From Lingula anatina (lineage: Eukaryota > Animalia > Brachiopoda): 64,000 nucleotides of DNA. The notes beneath the pieces were generated by a model. The model was not told the origin of the DNA and ran no database searches. It saw nothing but the letters and a program-made list of their open reading frames with translations. Position numbers and translations under genes: made by a program. Positions 24,949-40,300 of the stretch are shown piece after piece; position 1 is the first letter of the stretch; every line of letters starts with the position of its first letter. Where the stretch lies: NCBI GenBank assembly GCA_051362555.1, contig CM120640.1:31019967-31083966 (forward strand), written 5' to 3'.

Positions 24949-27900
24949 ATTGTTTGTATTGAATGAAAAGTGTTTTTTGGGACAACATATTTGGGAAAAA
25001 TGAAAATTACATTGAAAAGACCAAACCAAGGCCTTAAAATAGTTAAACGTTAATAATTTTGTCAAATCTTGTCCTATATTTCTGAAATTTGTACAAATGA
25101 TGCTTAACAAAAAATAAAAATCTGTGATAAGCTGATCAGTTGTCCGTGTCTAATGAAGTGTTTTTTTGGGACAACATATTTGGGAAAACTGAAAATTACA
25201 TAGAAAAGACTGGCAAAACCCAGACCTTAAAATAGTTAAACGTTAATAATTTTGTTAAATTTTGTGGAATATTTCTGAAATTTGTACAAATGATGCTTAA
25301 CAACAATAAAAACCTGTGATAAGCTGATCAGTTGTCTGTGTCTAATGAAAAGTGTTTTTGGGGACAACATATTTGGGAAAACTGAAAATTACATTGAAAA
25401 GACTGGGAATTTGCAGGACTTGAAATAGTTAAACGTTAATAATTTTGTCTAATCTAGTCCAATATTTCTGAAATTTGTACAAATGATGCTTAACAACAAT
25501 AAAAACCTGTGATAAGCTGATCAGTTGTCTGTGTCTAATGAAAAGTGTTTTTTGGGACAACATATTTGGGAAAACTGAAAATTACATTGAAAAGACTGGC
25601 AAATCCCAGGCCTTAAAATAGTTAAACGTTAATAATTTTGTCAAATCTAGTCCAGTATTTCTGAAATTTGCACAAATGATGCTTAACAACAATAAAAATC
25701 TGTGATAAGCTGATCAGTTGTCTGTGTCTAATGAAGAGTGCTTTTTGGGACAACATATTTGGGAAAACTGAAAATTACATTGAAAAGACTGGCAAAACCC
25801 AGACCTTAAAATAGTTAAACGTTAATAATTTTGTCAAATCTTGTCCTATATTTCTGAAATCTGTACAAATGATGCTTAACAACAATAAAAATCTGTGATA
25901 AGCTGATCAGTTGTCTGTGTCTAATGAAAAGTGCTTTTTGGGACAACATATTTGGGAAAAATGAAAATTACATTGAAAAGACTGGCAAAACCCAGACCTT
26001 AAAATAGTTAAACGTTAATAATTTTGTCAAATCTTGTCCTATATTTCTGAAATCTGTACAAATGATGCTTACGGAACAACAATAAAAATCTGTGATAAGC
26101 TGATCAGCTGTCTGTATCTAATGAAAAGTGTTTTTTGGGGCAACATATTTGGGAAAACTGAAAATTACATTGAAAAGACTGGCAAAACCCAGGCCTTAAA
26201 ATAGTTAAACGTTAATAATTTTGTTAAATTTTGTGGAATATTTCTGAAATTTGTACGAATGATGCTTAACAATAATAAAAATTTGTGATAAGCTGATCAG
26301 TTATATGAGTCTTTTTTTAAGTGTCAAGTGTATGGGAAATTGATCATCAGAAGAGTGAGAATTAAACAGAACAAATATTTCAATATTGCAATGTATTATT
26401 TACTCTGAAAGTAAACAGAAAATGTGATGATTTGAGGTTGTTTGTGTAAGAGGTTGCAAATTACCTATAACTGTCATCTGGAAAACAATATATACCCATA
26501 AAAGAGTTCTCCTTACTACCTCTGCAAGATGCAGATTACTCCTTTCTGGAAGCGGTTGTTGTTATCACAATACTCAACAAGGCCCTAAATCTTGCCAAAT
26601 ATCATGTATTGTACACATGGAGAAGACACAGTGCTGCTCTTGGTGGTATCTTTCACTAACTGCTTTTTCAGCTTTTTCATGGTGAGGGTACTCTGAAACA
26701 AGAACAATATAACTGAAAGGACTGAAAATTACATTTGAAAAGAATGACAAATTCGGTGACTTAATTAAAATAGTTAAACGTTAATAATTTTTGTCAAATC
26801 TAGTCCAATATTTCTGAAATTTGTACAAATGATGCTTAACAACAATAAAATCCGTGATAAGCTGATCAGCTGTCTGTATCGAATGAAAAGTGTTTTTTGG
26901 GACATTATATTTGCGAAAACCAAAAATTACATTGAAAAGACTGGGAATTCACAGGACTTGAAATAGTTAAATGTTAATACTTTTGTCAAATCTAGTCCAA
27001 TATTTCTGAATTTGTACAAATGATGCTTAACAACAATAAAAATCTGTGATAAGCTGATCAGTTGTTTGTATTGAATGAAAAGTGTTTTTTGGGACAACAT
27101 ATTTAGGAAAACTGAAAATTACATTGAAAAGACCAAACCAAGGCCTTAAAATAGTTAAACGTTAATAATTTTGTCAAATCTTGTCCTATATTTCTGAAAT
27201 TAGTACAAATGATGCTTAACAATAATAAAAATCTGTGATAAGCTGATCAGTTGTCCGTGTCTAATGAAGTGTTTTTTTGGGACAACATATTTGGGAAAAC
27301 TGAAAATTACATAGAAAAGACTGGCAAAACCCAGACCTTAAAATAGTTAAACGTTAATAATTTTTTCAAATTTTGTGCAATATTTCTGAAATTTGTACAA
27401 ATGATGCTTAACAATAATAAAAATCTGTGATAAGCTGATCAGTTATCTGAGTCTTTTTTTTTAAGTGTCAAGTGTATGGGAAATTGATCATCAGAAGAGT
27501 GAGAATTAAACAAAACAAATATTTCAATATTGCAATGTATTATTTACTCTGAAAGTAAACAGCAAATGTGATGATTTGAGGTTGTTTGTGTAAAATAGGC
27601 CTTAAAATAGTTAAACGTTAATAATTTAATAATAATTTGTGTAAGAGGTTGCAAATTACCTATAACTGTCATCTGGAAAACAATATATACCCATACAATT
27701 GTTCTCCTTACTACCTCTGCAAGATGCAGATTACTCCTTTCTGGAAGGGGTTGTTGTTATCACAATACTCAACAAGGCCCTAAATCTTGCCAAATATCAT
27801 GTATTGTACACATGGAGAAGACACAGTGCTGCTCTTGGTGGTATCTTTCACTAACTGCTTTTTCAGCTTTTTCATGGTGAGGGTACTCTGAAACAAGAAC

Positions 27901-30900
27901 AATATAACTGAAAGGACTGAAAATTACATTTGAAAAGAATGACAAATTCGGTGACTTAATTAAAATAGTTAAACGTTAATAATTTTGTCAAATCTTGTCC
28001 AATATTTCTGAAATTTGTACAAATGATGCTTAACAACAATAAAAATCTGTGATAAGCTGATCAGTTGTCTGTGTCTAATGAAAAGTGTTTTTGGGGACAA
28101 CATATTTGGGAAAACTGAAAATTACATTGAAAAGACTGGGAATTTGCAGGACTTGAAATAGTTAAACGTTAATAATTTTGTCTAATCTTGTCCAATATTT
28201 CTGAAATTTGTACAAATGATGCTTAACAACAATAAAAACCTGTGATAAGCTGATCAGTTGTCTGTGTCTAATGAAAAGTGTTTTTTGGGACAACATATTT
28301 GGGAAAACTGAAAATTACATTGAAAAGACTGGGAATTCACAGGACTTGAAATAGTTAAATGTTAATAATTTTGTCAAATCTAGTCCAATATTTCTGAAAT
28401 TTGTACAAATGATGCTTAACAACAATAAAAATCTGTGATAAGCTGATCAGCTGTCTGTATCGAATGAAAAGTCTTTTTTGGGACAACATATTTGGGAAAA
28501 CTGAAAATTACATTGAAAAGACCAAACCAAGGCCTTAAAATAGTTAAACGTTAATAATTTTGTCAAATCTTGTCCTATATTTCTGAAATTTGTACAAATG
28601 ATGCTTAACAATAATAAAAATCTGTGATAAGCTGATCAGTTGTCCGTGTCTAATGAAGTGTTTTTTTGGGACAACATATTTGGGAAAACTGAAAATTACA
28701 TAGAAAAGACTGGCAAAACCCAGACCTTAAAATAGTTAAACGTTAATAATTTTGTTAAATTTTGTGGAATATTTCTGAAATTTGTATGAATGATGCTTAA
28801 CAATAATAAAAATCTGTGATAAGCTGATCAGTTATCTGAGTCTTTTTTTAAGTGTCAAGTGTATGGGAAATAGATCATCAGAAGAGTGAGAATTAAACAG
28901 AACAAATATTTCAATATTGCAATGTATTATTTACTCTGAAAGTAAACAGAAAATGTGATGATTTGAAGTTGTTTGTGTAAGAGGTTGCAAATTACCTATA
29001 ACTGTCATCTGGAAAACAATATATACCCATACAAGAGTTCTCCTTACTACCTCTGCAAGATGCAGATTACTCCTTTCTGGAAGAGGTTGTTGTTATCACA
29101 ATACTCAACAAGGCCCTAAATCTTGCCAAATATCATGTATTGTACACATGGAGAAGACACAGTGCTGCTCTTGGTGGTATCTTTCACTAACTGCTTTTTC
29201 AGCTTTTTCATGGTGAGGGTACTCTGAAACAAGAACAATATAACTGAAAGGACTGAAAATTACATTTGAAAAGAATGACAAATTCGGTGACTTAATTAAA
29301 ATAGTTAAATGTTAATAATTTTTGTCAAATCTAGTCCAATATTTCTGAAATTTGTACAAATGATGCTTAACAACAATAAAATCCGTGATAAGCTGATCAG
29401 CTGTCTGTATCGAATGAAAAGTGTTTTTTGGGACATTATATTTGCGAAAACCAAAAATTACATTGAAAAGACTGGGAATTCACAGGACTTGAAATAGTTA
29501 AATGTTAATAATTTTGTCAAATCTAGTCCAATATTTCTGAAATTTGTACAAATGATGCTTAACAACAATAAAAATCTGTGATAAGCTGATCAGTTGTTTG
29601 TATTGAATGAAAAGTGTTTTTTGGGACAACATATTTGGGAAAACTGAAAATTACATTGAAAAGACCAAACCAAGGCCTTAAAATAGTTAAACGTTAATAA
29701 TTTTGTCAAATCTTGTCCTAAATTTCTGAAATTTGTACAAATGATGCTTAACAATAATAAAAATCTGTGATAAGCTGATCAGTTGTCCGTGTCTAATGAA
29801 GTGTTTTTTTGGGACAACATATTTGGGAAAACTGAAAATTACATAGAAAAGACTGGCAAAACCCAGACCTTAAAATAGTTAAACGTTAATAATTTTTTCA
29901 AATTTTGTGCAATATTTCTGAAATTTGTACAAATGATGCTTAACAATAATAAAAATCTGTGATAAGCTGATCAGTTATCTGAGTCTTTTTTTTAAGTGTC
30001 AAGTGTATGGGAAATTGATCATCAGAAGAGTGAGAATTAAACAAAACAAATATTTCAATATTGCAATGTATTATTTACTCTGAAAGTAAACAGCAAATGT
30101 GATGATTTGAGGTTGTTTGTGTAAAATAGGCCTTAAAATAGTTAAACGTTAATAATTTAATAATAATTTGTGTAAGAGGTTGCAAATTACCTATAACTGT
30201 CATCTGGAAAACAATATATACCCATACAATTGTTCTCCTTACTACCTCTGCAAGATGCAGATTACTCCTTTCTGGAAGGGGTTGTTGTTATCACAATACT
30301 CAACAAGGCCCTAAATCTTGCCAAATATCATGTATTGTACACATGGAGAAGACACAGTGCTGCTCTTGGTGGTATCTTTCACTAACTGCTTTTTCAGCTT
30401 TTTCATGGTGAGGGTACTCTGAAACAAGAACAATATAACTGAAAGGACTGAAAATTACATTTGAAAAGAATGACAAATTCGGTGACTTAATTAAAATAGT
30501 TAAACATTAATAATTTTGACAAATTTTGTCCAGTGTTTCTGAAATCTGTACAAATGATGCTTAACAATAATAAAAATCTGTGATAAGCTGACCAGTTGTC
30601 TGTTTCTAATGAAAAGTTTTTTGGGACAACATATTTGGGAAAACTGAAAATTACATTGAAAAGACCAAACCAAGGCCTTAAAATAGTTAAACGTTAATAA
30701 TTTTGTCAAATCTTGTCCTATATTTCTGAAATTTGTACAAATGATGCTTAACAATAATAAAAATCTGTGATAAGCTGATCAGTTGTCCGTGTCTAATGAA
30801 GTGTTTTTTTGGGACAACATATTTGGGAAAACTGAAAATTACATAGAAAAGACTGGCAAAACCCAGACCTTAAAATAGTTAAACGTTAATAATTTTGTTA

Positions 30901-33900
30901 AATTTTGTGGAATATTTCTGAAATTTGTACGAATGATGCTTAACAATAATAAAAATCTGTGATAAGCTGATCAGTTATCTGAGTCTTTTTTTTTTTTAGT
31001 GTCAAGTGTATGGGAAATAGATCATCAGAAGAGTGAGAATTAAACAGAACAAATATTTCAATATTGCAATGTATTATTTACTCTGAAAGTAAACAGAAAA
31101 TGTGATGATTTGAAGTTGTTTGTGTAAGAGGTTGCAAATTACCTATAACTGTCATCTGGAAAACAATATATACCCATACAAGAGTTCTCCTTACTACCTC
31201 TGCAAGATGCAGATTACTCCTTTCTGGAAGCGGTTGTTGTTATCACAATACTCAACAAGGCCCTAAATCTTGCCAAATATCATGTATTGTACACATGGAG
31301 AAGACACAGTGCTGCTCTTGGTGGTATCTTTCACTAACTGCTTTTTCAGCTTTTTCATGGTGAGGGTACTCTGAAACAAGAACAATATAACTGAAAGGAC
31401 TGAAAATTACATTTGAAAAGAATGACAAATTCGGTGACTTAATTAAAATAGTTAAACGTTAATAATTTTTGTCAAATCTAGTCCAATATTTCTGAAATTT
31501 GTACAAATGATGCTTAACAACAATAAAATCCGTGATAAGCTGATCAGCTGTCTGTATCGAATGAAAAGTGTTTTTTGGGACATTATATTTGCGAAAACCA
31601 AAAATTACATTGAAAAGACTGGGAATTCACAGGACTTGAAATAGTTAAATGTTAATAATTTTGTCAAATCTAGTCCAATATTTCTGAAATTTGTACAAAT
31701 GATGGTTAACAACAATAAAAATCTGTGATAAGCTGATCAGTTGTCCGTGTCTAATGAAGTGTTTTTTTGGGACAACATATTTGGGAAAACTGAAAATTAC
31801 ATAGAAAAGACTGGCAAAACCCAGACCTTAAAATAGTTAAACGTTAATAATTTTGTTAAATTTTGTGGAATATTTCTGAAATTTGTACGAATGATGCTTA
31901 ACAATAATAAAAATCTGTGATAAGCTGATCAGTTATCTGAGTCTTTTTTTTTAGTGTCAAGTGTATGGGAAATAGATCATCAGAAGAGTGAGAATTAAAC
32001 AGATCAAATATTTCAATATTGCAATGTATTATTTACTCTGAAAGTAAACAGAAAATGTGATGATTTGAAGTTGTTTGTGTAAGAGGTTGCAAATTACCTA
32101 TAACTGTCATCTGGAAAACAATATATACCCATACAAGAGTTCTCCTTACTACCTCTGCAAGATGCAGATTACTCCTTTCTGGAAGCGGTTGTTGTTATCA
32201 CAATACTCAACAAGGCCCTAAATCTTGCCAAATATCATGTATTGTACACATGGAGAAGACACAGTGCTGCTCTTGGTGGTATCTTTCACTAACTGCTTTT
32301 TCAGCTTTTTCATGGTGAGGGTACTCTGAAACAAGAACAATATAACTGAAAGGACTGAAAATTACATTTGAAAAGAATGACAAATTCGGTGACTTAATTA
32401 AAATAGTTAAACGTTAATAATTTTTGTCAAATCTAGTCCAATATTTCTGAAATTTGTACAAATGATGCTTAACAACAATAAAATCGGTGATAAGCTGATC
32501 AGCTGTCTGTATCGAATGAAAAGTGTTTTTTGGGACATTATATTTGCGAAAACCAAAAATTACATTGAAAAGACTGGGAATTCACAGGACTTGAAATAGT
32601 TAAATGTTAATAATTTTGTCAAATCTAGTCCAATATTTCTGAAATTTGTACAAATGATGCTTAACAACAATAAAAATCTGTGATAAGCTGATCAGTTGTC
32701 CGTGTCTAATGAAGTGTTTTTTTGGGACAACATATTTGGGAAAACTGAAAATTACATAGAAAAGACTGGCAAAACCCAGACCTTAAAATAGTTAAACGTT
32801 AATAATTTTTTCAAATTTTGTGCAATATTTCTGAAATTTGTACAAATGATGCTTAACAATAATAAAAATCTGTGATAAGCTGATCAGTTATCTGAGTCTT
32901 TTTTTTAAGTGTCAAGTGTATGGGAAATTGATCATCAGAAGAGTGAGAATTAAACAAAACAAATATTTCAATATTGCAATGTATTATTTACTCTGAAAGT
33001 AAACAGCAAATGTGATGATTTGAGGTTGTTTGTGTAAAATAGGCCTTAAAATAGTTAAACGTTAATAATTTAATAATAATTTGTGTAAGAGGTTGCAAAT
33101 TACCTATAACTGTCATCTGGAAAACAATATATACCCATACAAGAGTTCTCCTTACTACCTCTGCAAGATGCAGATTACTCCTTTCTGGAAGGGGTTGTTG
33201 TTATCACAATACTCAACAAGGCCCTAAATCTTGCCAAATATCATGTATTGTACACATGGAGAAGACACAGTGCTGCTCTTGGTGGTATCTTTCACTGCCT
33301 GCTTTTTCAGCTTTTTCATGGTGAGGGTACTCTGAAACAAGAACAATATAACTGCAAGGACTGAAAATTACATTTGAAAAGAATGACAAATTCGGTGACT
33401 TAATTAAAATAGTTAAACGTAAATAATTTTGTCAAATCTAGTCCAATATTTCTGAAATTTGTACAAATGATGCTTAACAACAATAAAAATCCGTGATAAG
33501 CTGATCAGTTGTCTGTTTATAATGAAAAATTTTTTTTAGGACAATATATTTGAGAAAACCAAAAATTACATTGAAAAGACTGGGAATTCACAGGACTTGA
33601 AATAGTTAAACGTTAATAATTTTGTCAAATCTTGTCCTATATTTCTGAAATTTGTACAAATGATGCTTAACAACAATAAAAATCCGTGATAAGCTGATCA
33701 GTTGTCTGTGTATAATGAAAAGTTTTCTTGGGACAACGTATTTGGGAAAACTGAAAATTACATTGAAAAGACTGGCAAATCCCAGGCCTTTAAATAGTTA
33801 AACGTTAATAATTTTGTCAAATCTTGTCCTATATTTCTGAAATTTGAACAAATGATGCTTAACAACAATAGAAATCTATGATAAGCTGATCAGCTGTCTG

Positions 33901-36900
33901 TATCGAATGAAAAGTGTTTTTTGGGACATTATATTTGCGAAAACCAAAAATTACATTGAAAAGACTGGGAATTCACAGGACTTGAAATAGTTAAATGTTA
34001 ATAATTTTGTCAAATCTAGTCCAATATTTCTGAAATTTGTACAAATGATGCTTAACAACAATAAAAATCTGTGATAAGCTGATCAGTTGTTTGTATTGAA
34101 TAAAAAGTGTTTTTTGGGACAACATATTTGGGAAAACTGAAAATTACATTGAAAAGACCAAACCAAGGCCTTAAAATAGTTAAACGTTAATAATTTTGTC
34201 AAATCTTGTCCTATATTTCTGAAATTTGTACAAATGATGCTTAACAACAATAAAAATCTGTGATAAGCTGATCAGTTGTCTGTGTCTAATGAAAAGTGCT
34301 TTTTGGGACAACATATTTGGGAAAACTGAAAATTACATTGAAAAGACTGGCAAAACGCAGACCTTAAAATAGTTAAACGTTAATAATTTTGTCAAATCTT
34401 GTCCTATATTTCTGAAATCTGTACAAATGATGCTTAACAACAATAAAAATCCATGATAAGCTGATCAGCTGTCTGTATCTAATGAAAAGTGCTTTTTGGG
34501 ACAACATATTTGGGAAAACTGAAAATTACATTGAAAAGACTGGCAAAACCCAGACCTTAAAATAGTTAAACGTTAATAATTTTGTCAAATCTTGTCCTAT
34601 ATTTCTGAAATTTGTACAAATGATGCTTAACAACAATAAAAATCCATGATAAGCTGATCAGTTGTCTGTGTATAATGAAAAGTGTTTCTTGGGACAACGT
34701 ATTTGGGAAAACTGAAAATTACATTGAAAAGACTGGCAAAACCCAGACCTTAAAATAGTTAAACGTTAATAATTTTGTCAAATCTTGTCCTATATTTCTG
34801 AAATTTGTACAAATGATGCTTAACAACAATAAAAATCCGTGATAAGCTGATCAGTTGTCTGTTTATAATGAAAAGTTTTTTTTAGGACAATATATTTGAG
34901 AAAACCAAAAATTACATTGAAAAGACTGGGAATTCACAGGACTTGAAATAGTTAAACGTTAATAATTTTGTCAAATCTTGTCCTATATTTCTGAAATTTG
35001 TACAAATGATGCTTAACAACAATAAAAATCCATGATAAGCTGATCAGTTGTCTGTGTATAATGAAAAGTGTTTTTTGGGACATTATATTTGCGAAAACCA
35101 AAAATTACATTGAAAAGACTGGGAATTCACAGGACTTGAAATAGTTAAATGTTAATAATTTTGTCAAATCTAGTCCAATATTTCTGAAATTTGTACAAAT
35201 GATGCTTAACAACAATAAAAATCTGTGATAAGCTGATCAGTTGTTTGTATTGAATAAAAAGTGTTTTTTGGGACAACATATTTGGGAAAACTGAAAATTA
35301 CATTGAAAAGACCAAACCAAGGCCTTAAAATAGTTAAACGTTAATAATTTTGTCAAATCTTGTCCTATATTTCTGAAATCTGTACAAATGATGCTTAACA
35401 ACAATAAAAATCTGTGATAAGCTGATCAGTTGTCTGTGTCTAATGAAAAGTGCTTTTTGGGACAACATATTTGGGAAAACTGAAAATTACATTGAAAAGA
35501 CTGGCAAAACCCAGACCTTAAAATAGTTAAACGTTAATAATTTTGTCAAATCTTGTCCTATATTTCTGAAATCTGTACAAATGATGCTTAACAACAATAA
35601 AAATCTCTGATAAGCTGATCAGCTGTCTGTATCTAATGAAAAGTGCTTTTTGGGACAACATATTTGGGAAAACTGAAAATTACATTGAAAAGACTGGCAA
35701 AACCCAGACCTTGAAATAGTTAAACGTTAATAATTTTGTCAAATCTTGTCCTATATTTCTGAAATTTGTACAAATGATGCTTAACAACAATAAAAATCTG
35801 TGATAAGCTGATCAGTTGTCTGTGTCTAATGAAAAGTGCTTTTTGGGGCAACATATTTGGGAAAACTGAAAATTACATTGAAAAGACTGGGAATTCACAG
35901 GACTTGAAATAGTTAAATGTTAATAATTTTGTCAAATCTAGTCCAATATTTCTGAAATTTGTACAAATGATGCTTAACAACAATAAAAATCTGTGATAAG
36001 CTGATTAATTGTTTGTATTGAATGAAAAGTGTTTTTTGGGACAACATATTTGGGAAAAATGAAAATTAAATTGAAAAGACCAAACCAAGGCCTTAAAATA
36101 GTTAAACGTTAATAATTTTGTCAAATCTTGTCCTATATTTCTGAAATTTGTACAATTGATGCTTAACAAAAAATAAAAATCTGTGATAAGCTGATCAGTT
36201 GTCCGTGTCTAATGAAGTGTTTTTTTGGGACAACATATTTGGGAAAACTGAAAATTACATAGAAAAGACTGGCAAAACCCAGACCTTAAAATAGTTAAAC
36301 GTTAATAATTTTGTTAAATTTTGTGGAATATTTCTGAAATTTGTACGAATGATGCTTAACAATAATAAAGATCTGTGATAAGCTGATCAGTTATCTGAGT
36401 CTTTTTTTTAAGTGTCAAGTGTATGGGAAATAGATCATCAGAAGAGTGAGAATTAAACAGAACAAATATTTCAATATTGCAATGTATTATTTACTCTGAA
36501 AGTAAACAGAAAATGTGATGATTTGAAGTTGTTTGTGTAAGAGGTTGCAAATTACCTATAACTGTCATCTGGAAAACAATATATACCCATACAAGAGTTC
36601 TCCTTACTACCTCTGCAAGATGCAGATTACTCCTTTCTGGAAGCGGTTGTTGTTATCACAATACTCAACAAGGCCCTAAATCTTGCCAAATATCATGTAT
36701 TGTACACATGGAGAAGACACAGTGCTGCTCTTGGTGGTATCTTTCACTAACTGCTTTTTCAGCTTTTTCATGGTGAGGGTACTCTGAAACAAGAACAATA
36801 TAACTGAAAGGACTGAAAATTACATTTGAAAAGAATGACAAATTCGGTGACTTAATTAAAATAGTTAAACGTTAATAATTTTGTCAAATCTTGTCCAATA

Positions 36901-37326
36901 TTTCTGAAATTTGTACAAATGATGCTTAACAACAATAAAAATCTGTGATAAGCTGATCAGTTTCTGTGTCTAATGAAAAGTGTTTTTGGGGACAACATAT
37001 TTGGGAAAACTGAAAATTACATTGAAAAGACTGGGAATTTGCAGGACTTGAAATAGTTAAACGTTAATAATTTTGTCTAATCTTGTCCAATATTTCTGAA
37101 ATTTGTACAAATGATGCTTAACAACAATAAAAACCTGTGATAAGCTGATCAGTTTCTGTGTCTAATGAAAAGTGTTTTTTGGGACAACATATTTGGGAAA
37201 ACTGAAAATTACATTGAAAAGACTGGCAAATCCCAGGCCTTAAAATAGTTAAACGTTAATAATTTTGTCAAATCTAGTCCAGTATTTCTGAAATTTGCAC
37301 AAATGATGCTTAACAACAATAAAAAC

Positions 37327-40300
37327 CTGTGATAAGCTGATCAGTTATCTGTGTCTAATGAAAAGTGCTTTTTGGGACAACATATTTGGGAAAACTGAAA
37401 ATTACATTGAAAAGACTGGCAAAACCCAGACCTTAAAATAGTTAAACGTTAATAATTTTGTTAAATTTTGTGGAATATTTCTGAAATTTGTACGAATGAT
37501 GCTTAACAATAATAAAGATCTGTGATAAGCTGATCAGTTATCTGAGTCTTTTTTTTAAGTGTCAAGTGTATGGGAAATAGATCATCAGAAGATTGAGAAT
37601 TAAACAAAACAAATATTTCAATATTGCAATGTATTATTTACTCTGAAAGTAAACAGCAAATGTGATGATTTGAGGTTGTTTGTGTAAGAGGTTGCAAATT
37701 ACCTATAACTGTCATCTGGAAAACAATATATACCCATACAAGAGTTCTCCTTACTACCTCTGCAAGATGCAGATTACTCCTTTCTGGAAGGGGTTGTTGT
37801 TATCACAATACTCAGCAAGGCCCTAAATCTTGCCAAATATCATGTATTGTACACATGGAGAAGACACAGTGCTGCTCTTGGTGGTATCTTTCACTGCCTG
37901 CTTTTTCAGCTTTTTCATGGTGAGGGTACTCTGAAACAAGAACAATATAACTGAAAGGACTGAAAATTACATTTGAAAAGAATGACAAATTCGGTGACTT
38001 AATTAAAATAGTTAAACGTTAATAATTTTGTCAAATCTAGTCCAATATTTCTGAAATTTGTACAAATGATGCTTAACAACAATAAAAATCTGTGATAATC
38101 TGATCAGTTGTCTGTGTCTAATGAAAAGTGTTTTTGGGGACAACATATTTGGGAAAATTGAAAATTACATTGAAAAGACTGGGAATTTGCAGGACTTGAA
38201 ATAGTTAAACGTTAATAATTTTGTCCAATCTAGTCCAATATTTCTGAAATTTGTACAAATGATGCTTAACAACAATAAAAATCTGTGATAAGCTGATCAG
38301 TTGTTTGTATTGAATAAAAAGTGTTTTTTGGGACAACATATTTGGGAAAACTGAAAATTACATTGAAAAGACTGGCAAAACCCAGACCTTAAAATAGTTA
38401 AACGTTAATAATTTTGTCAAATCTTGTCCTATATTTCTGAAATCTGTACAAATGATGCTTAACAACAATAAAAATCTGTGATAAGCTGATCAGCTGTCTG
38501 TATCTAATGAAAAGTGTTTTTTGGGGCAACATATTTGGGAAAACTGAAAATTACATTGAAAAGACTGGCAAAACCCAGGCCTTAAAATAGTTAAACGTTA
38601 ATAATTTTGTTAAATTTTGTGAAATATTTCTGAAATTTGTACGAATGATGCTTAACAATAATAAAAATCTGTGATAAGCTGATCAGTTATCTGAGTCTTT
38701 TTTTTTAAGTGTCAAGTGTATGGGAAATTGATCATCAGAAGAGTGAGAATTAAACAGAACAAATATTTCAATATTGCAATGTATTATTTACTCTGAAAGT
38801 AAACAGAAAATGTGATGATTTGAGGTTGTTTGTGTAAGAGGTTGCAAATTACCTATAACTGTCATCTGGAAAACAATATATACCCATACAAGAGTTCTCC
38901 TTACTACCTCTGCAAGATGCAGATTACTCCTTTCTGGAAGGGGTTGTTGTTATCACAATACTCAACAAGGCCCTAAATCTTGCCAAATATCATGTATTGT
39001 ACACATGGAGAAGACACAGTGCTGCTCTTGGTGGTATCTTTCACTGCCTGCTTTTTCAGCTTTTTCATGGTGAGGGTACTCTGAAACAAGAACAATATAA
39101 CTGAAAGGACTGAAAATTACATTTGAAAAGAATGACAAATTCGGTGACTTAATTAAAATAGTTAAACGTTAATAATTTTGTCAAATCTAGTCCAATATTT
39201 CTGAAAATTGTACAAATGATGCTTAACAACAATAAAAATCCGTGATAAGCTGATCAGTTGTCTGTTTATAATGAAAAGTTTTTTTTAGGACAATATATTT
39301 GAGAAAACCAAAAATTACATTGAAAAGACTGGGAATTCACAGGACTTGAAATAGTTAAACGTTAATAATTTTGTCAAATCTAGTCCAATATTTCTGAAAT
39401 TTGTACAAATGATGCTTAACAACAATAAAAACCTGTGATAAGCTGATCAGTTGTCTGTGTCTAATGAAAAGTGTTTTTTGGGACAACATATTTGGGAAAA
39501 CTGAAAATTACATTGAAAAGACTGGCAAAACCCAGACCTTAAAATAGTTAAACGTTAATAATTTTGTCAAATCTTGTCCTATATTTCTGAAATCTGTACA
39601 AATGATGCTTAACATCAATAAAAATCTGTGATAAGCTGATCAGCTGTCTGTATCTAATGAAAAGTGTTTTTTGGGGCAACATATTTGGGAAAACTGAAAA
39701 TTACATTGAAAAGACTGGCAAAACCCAGGCCTTAAAATAGTTAAACGTTAATAATTTTGTTAAATTTTGTGAAATATTTCTGAAATTTGTACGAATGATG
39801 CTTAACAATAATAAAAATCTGTGATAAGCTGATCAGTTATCTGAGTCTTTTTTTTAAGTGTCAAGTGTATGGGAAATTGATCATCAGAAGAGTGAGAATT
39901 AAACAGAACAAATATTTCAATATTGCAATGTATTATTTACTCTGAAAGTAAACAGAAAATGTGATGATTTGAGGTTGTTTGTGTAAGAGGTTGCAAATTA
40001 CCTATAACTGTCATCTGGAAAACAATATATACCCATACAAGAGTTCTCCTTACTACCTCTGCAAGATGCAGATTACTCCTTTCTGGAAGAGGTTGTTGTT
40101 ATCACAATACTCAGCAAGGCCCTAAATCTTGCCAAATTTCATGTATTGTACACATGGAGAAGACACAGTGCTGCTCTTGGTGGTATCTTTCACTAACTGC
40201 TTTTTCAGCTTTTTCATGGTGAGGGTACTCTGAAACAAGAACAATATAACTGAAAGGACTGAAAATTACATTTGAAAAGAATGACAAATTCGGTGACTTA

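Larger units (their letters stand above)
1..25287 (+). repeat. Large segmental repeat, copy A (partner ~27192-61708)
   Basis: Private variants recur at fixed offsets: ttagtac (starts 1/27192), identical ORFs 2119/29309, cagatcaaat 4241/32003, gattaatt 8241/36003, gtaagaag 17051/44813, catttaaaaag 20591/57013, ggaaaacatatacc 21491/57912. Confidence 0.93.
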
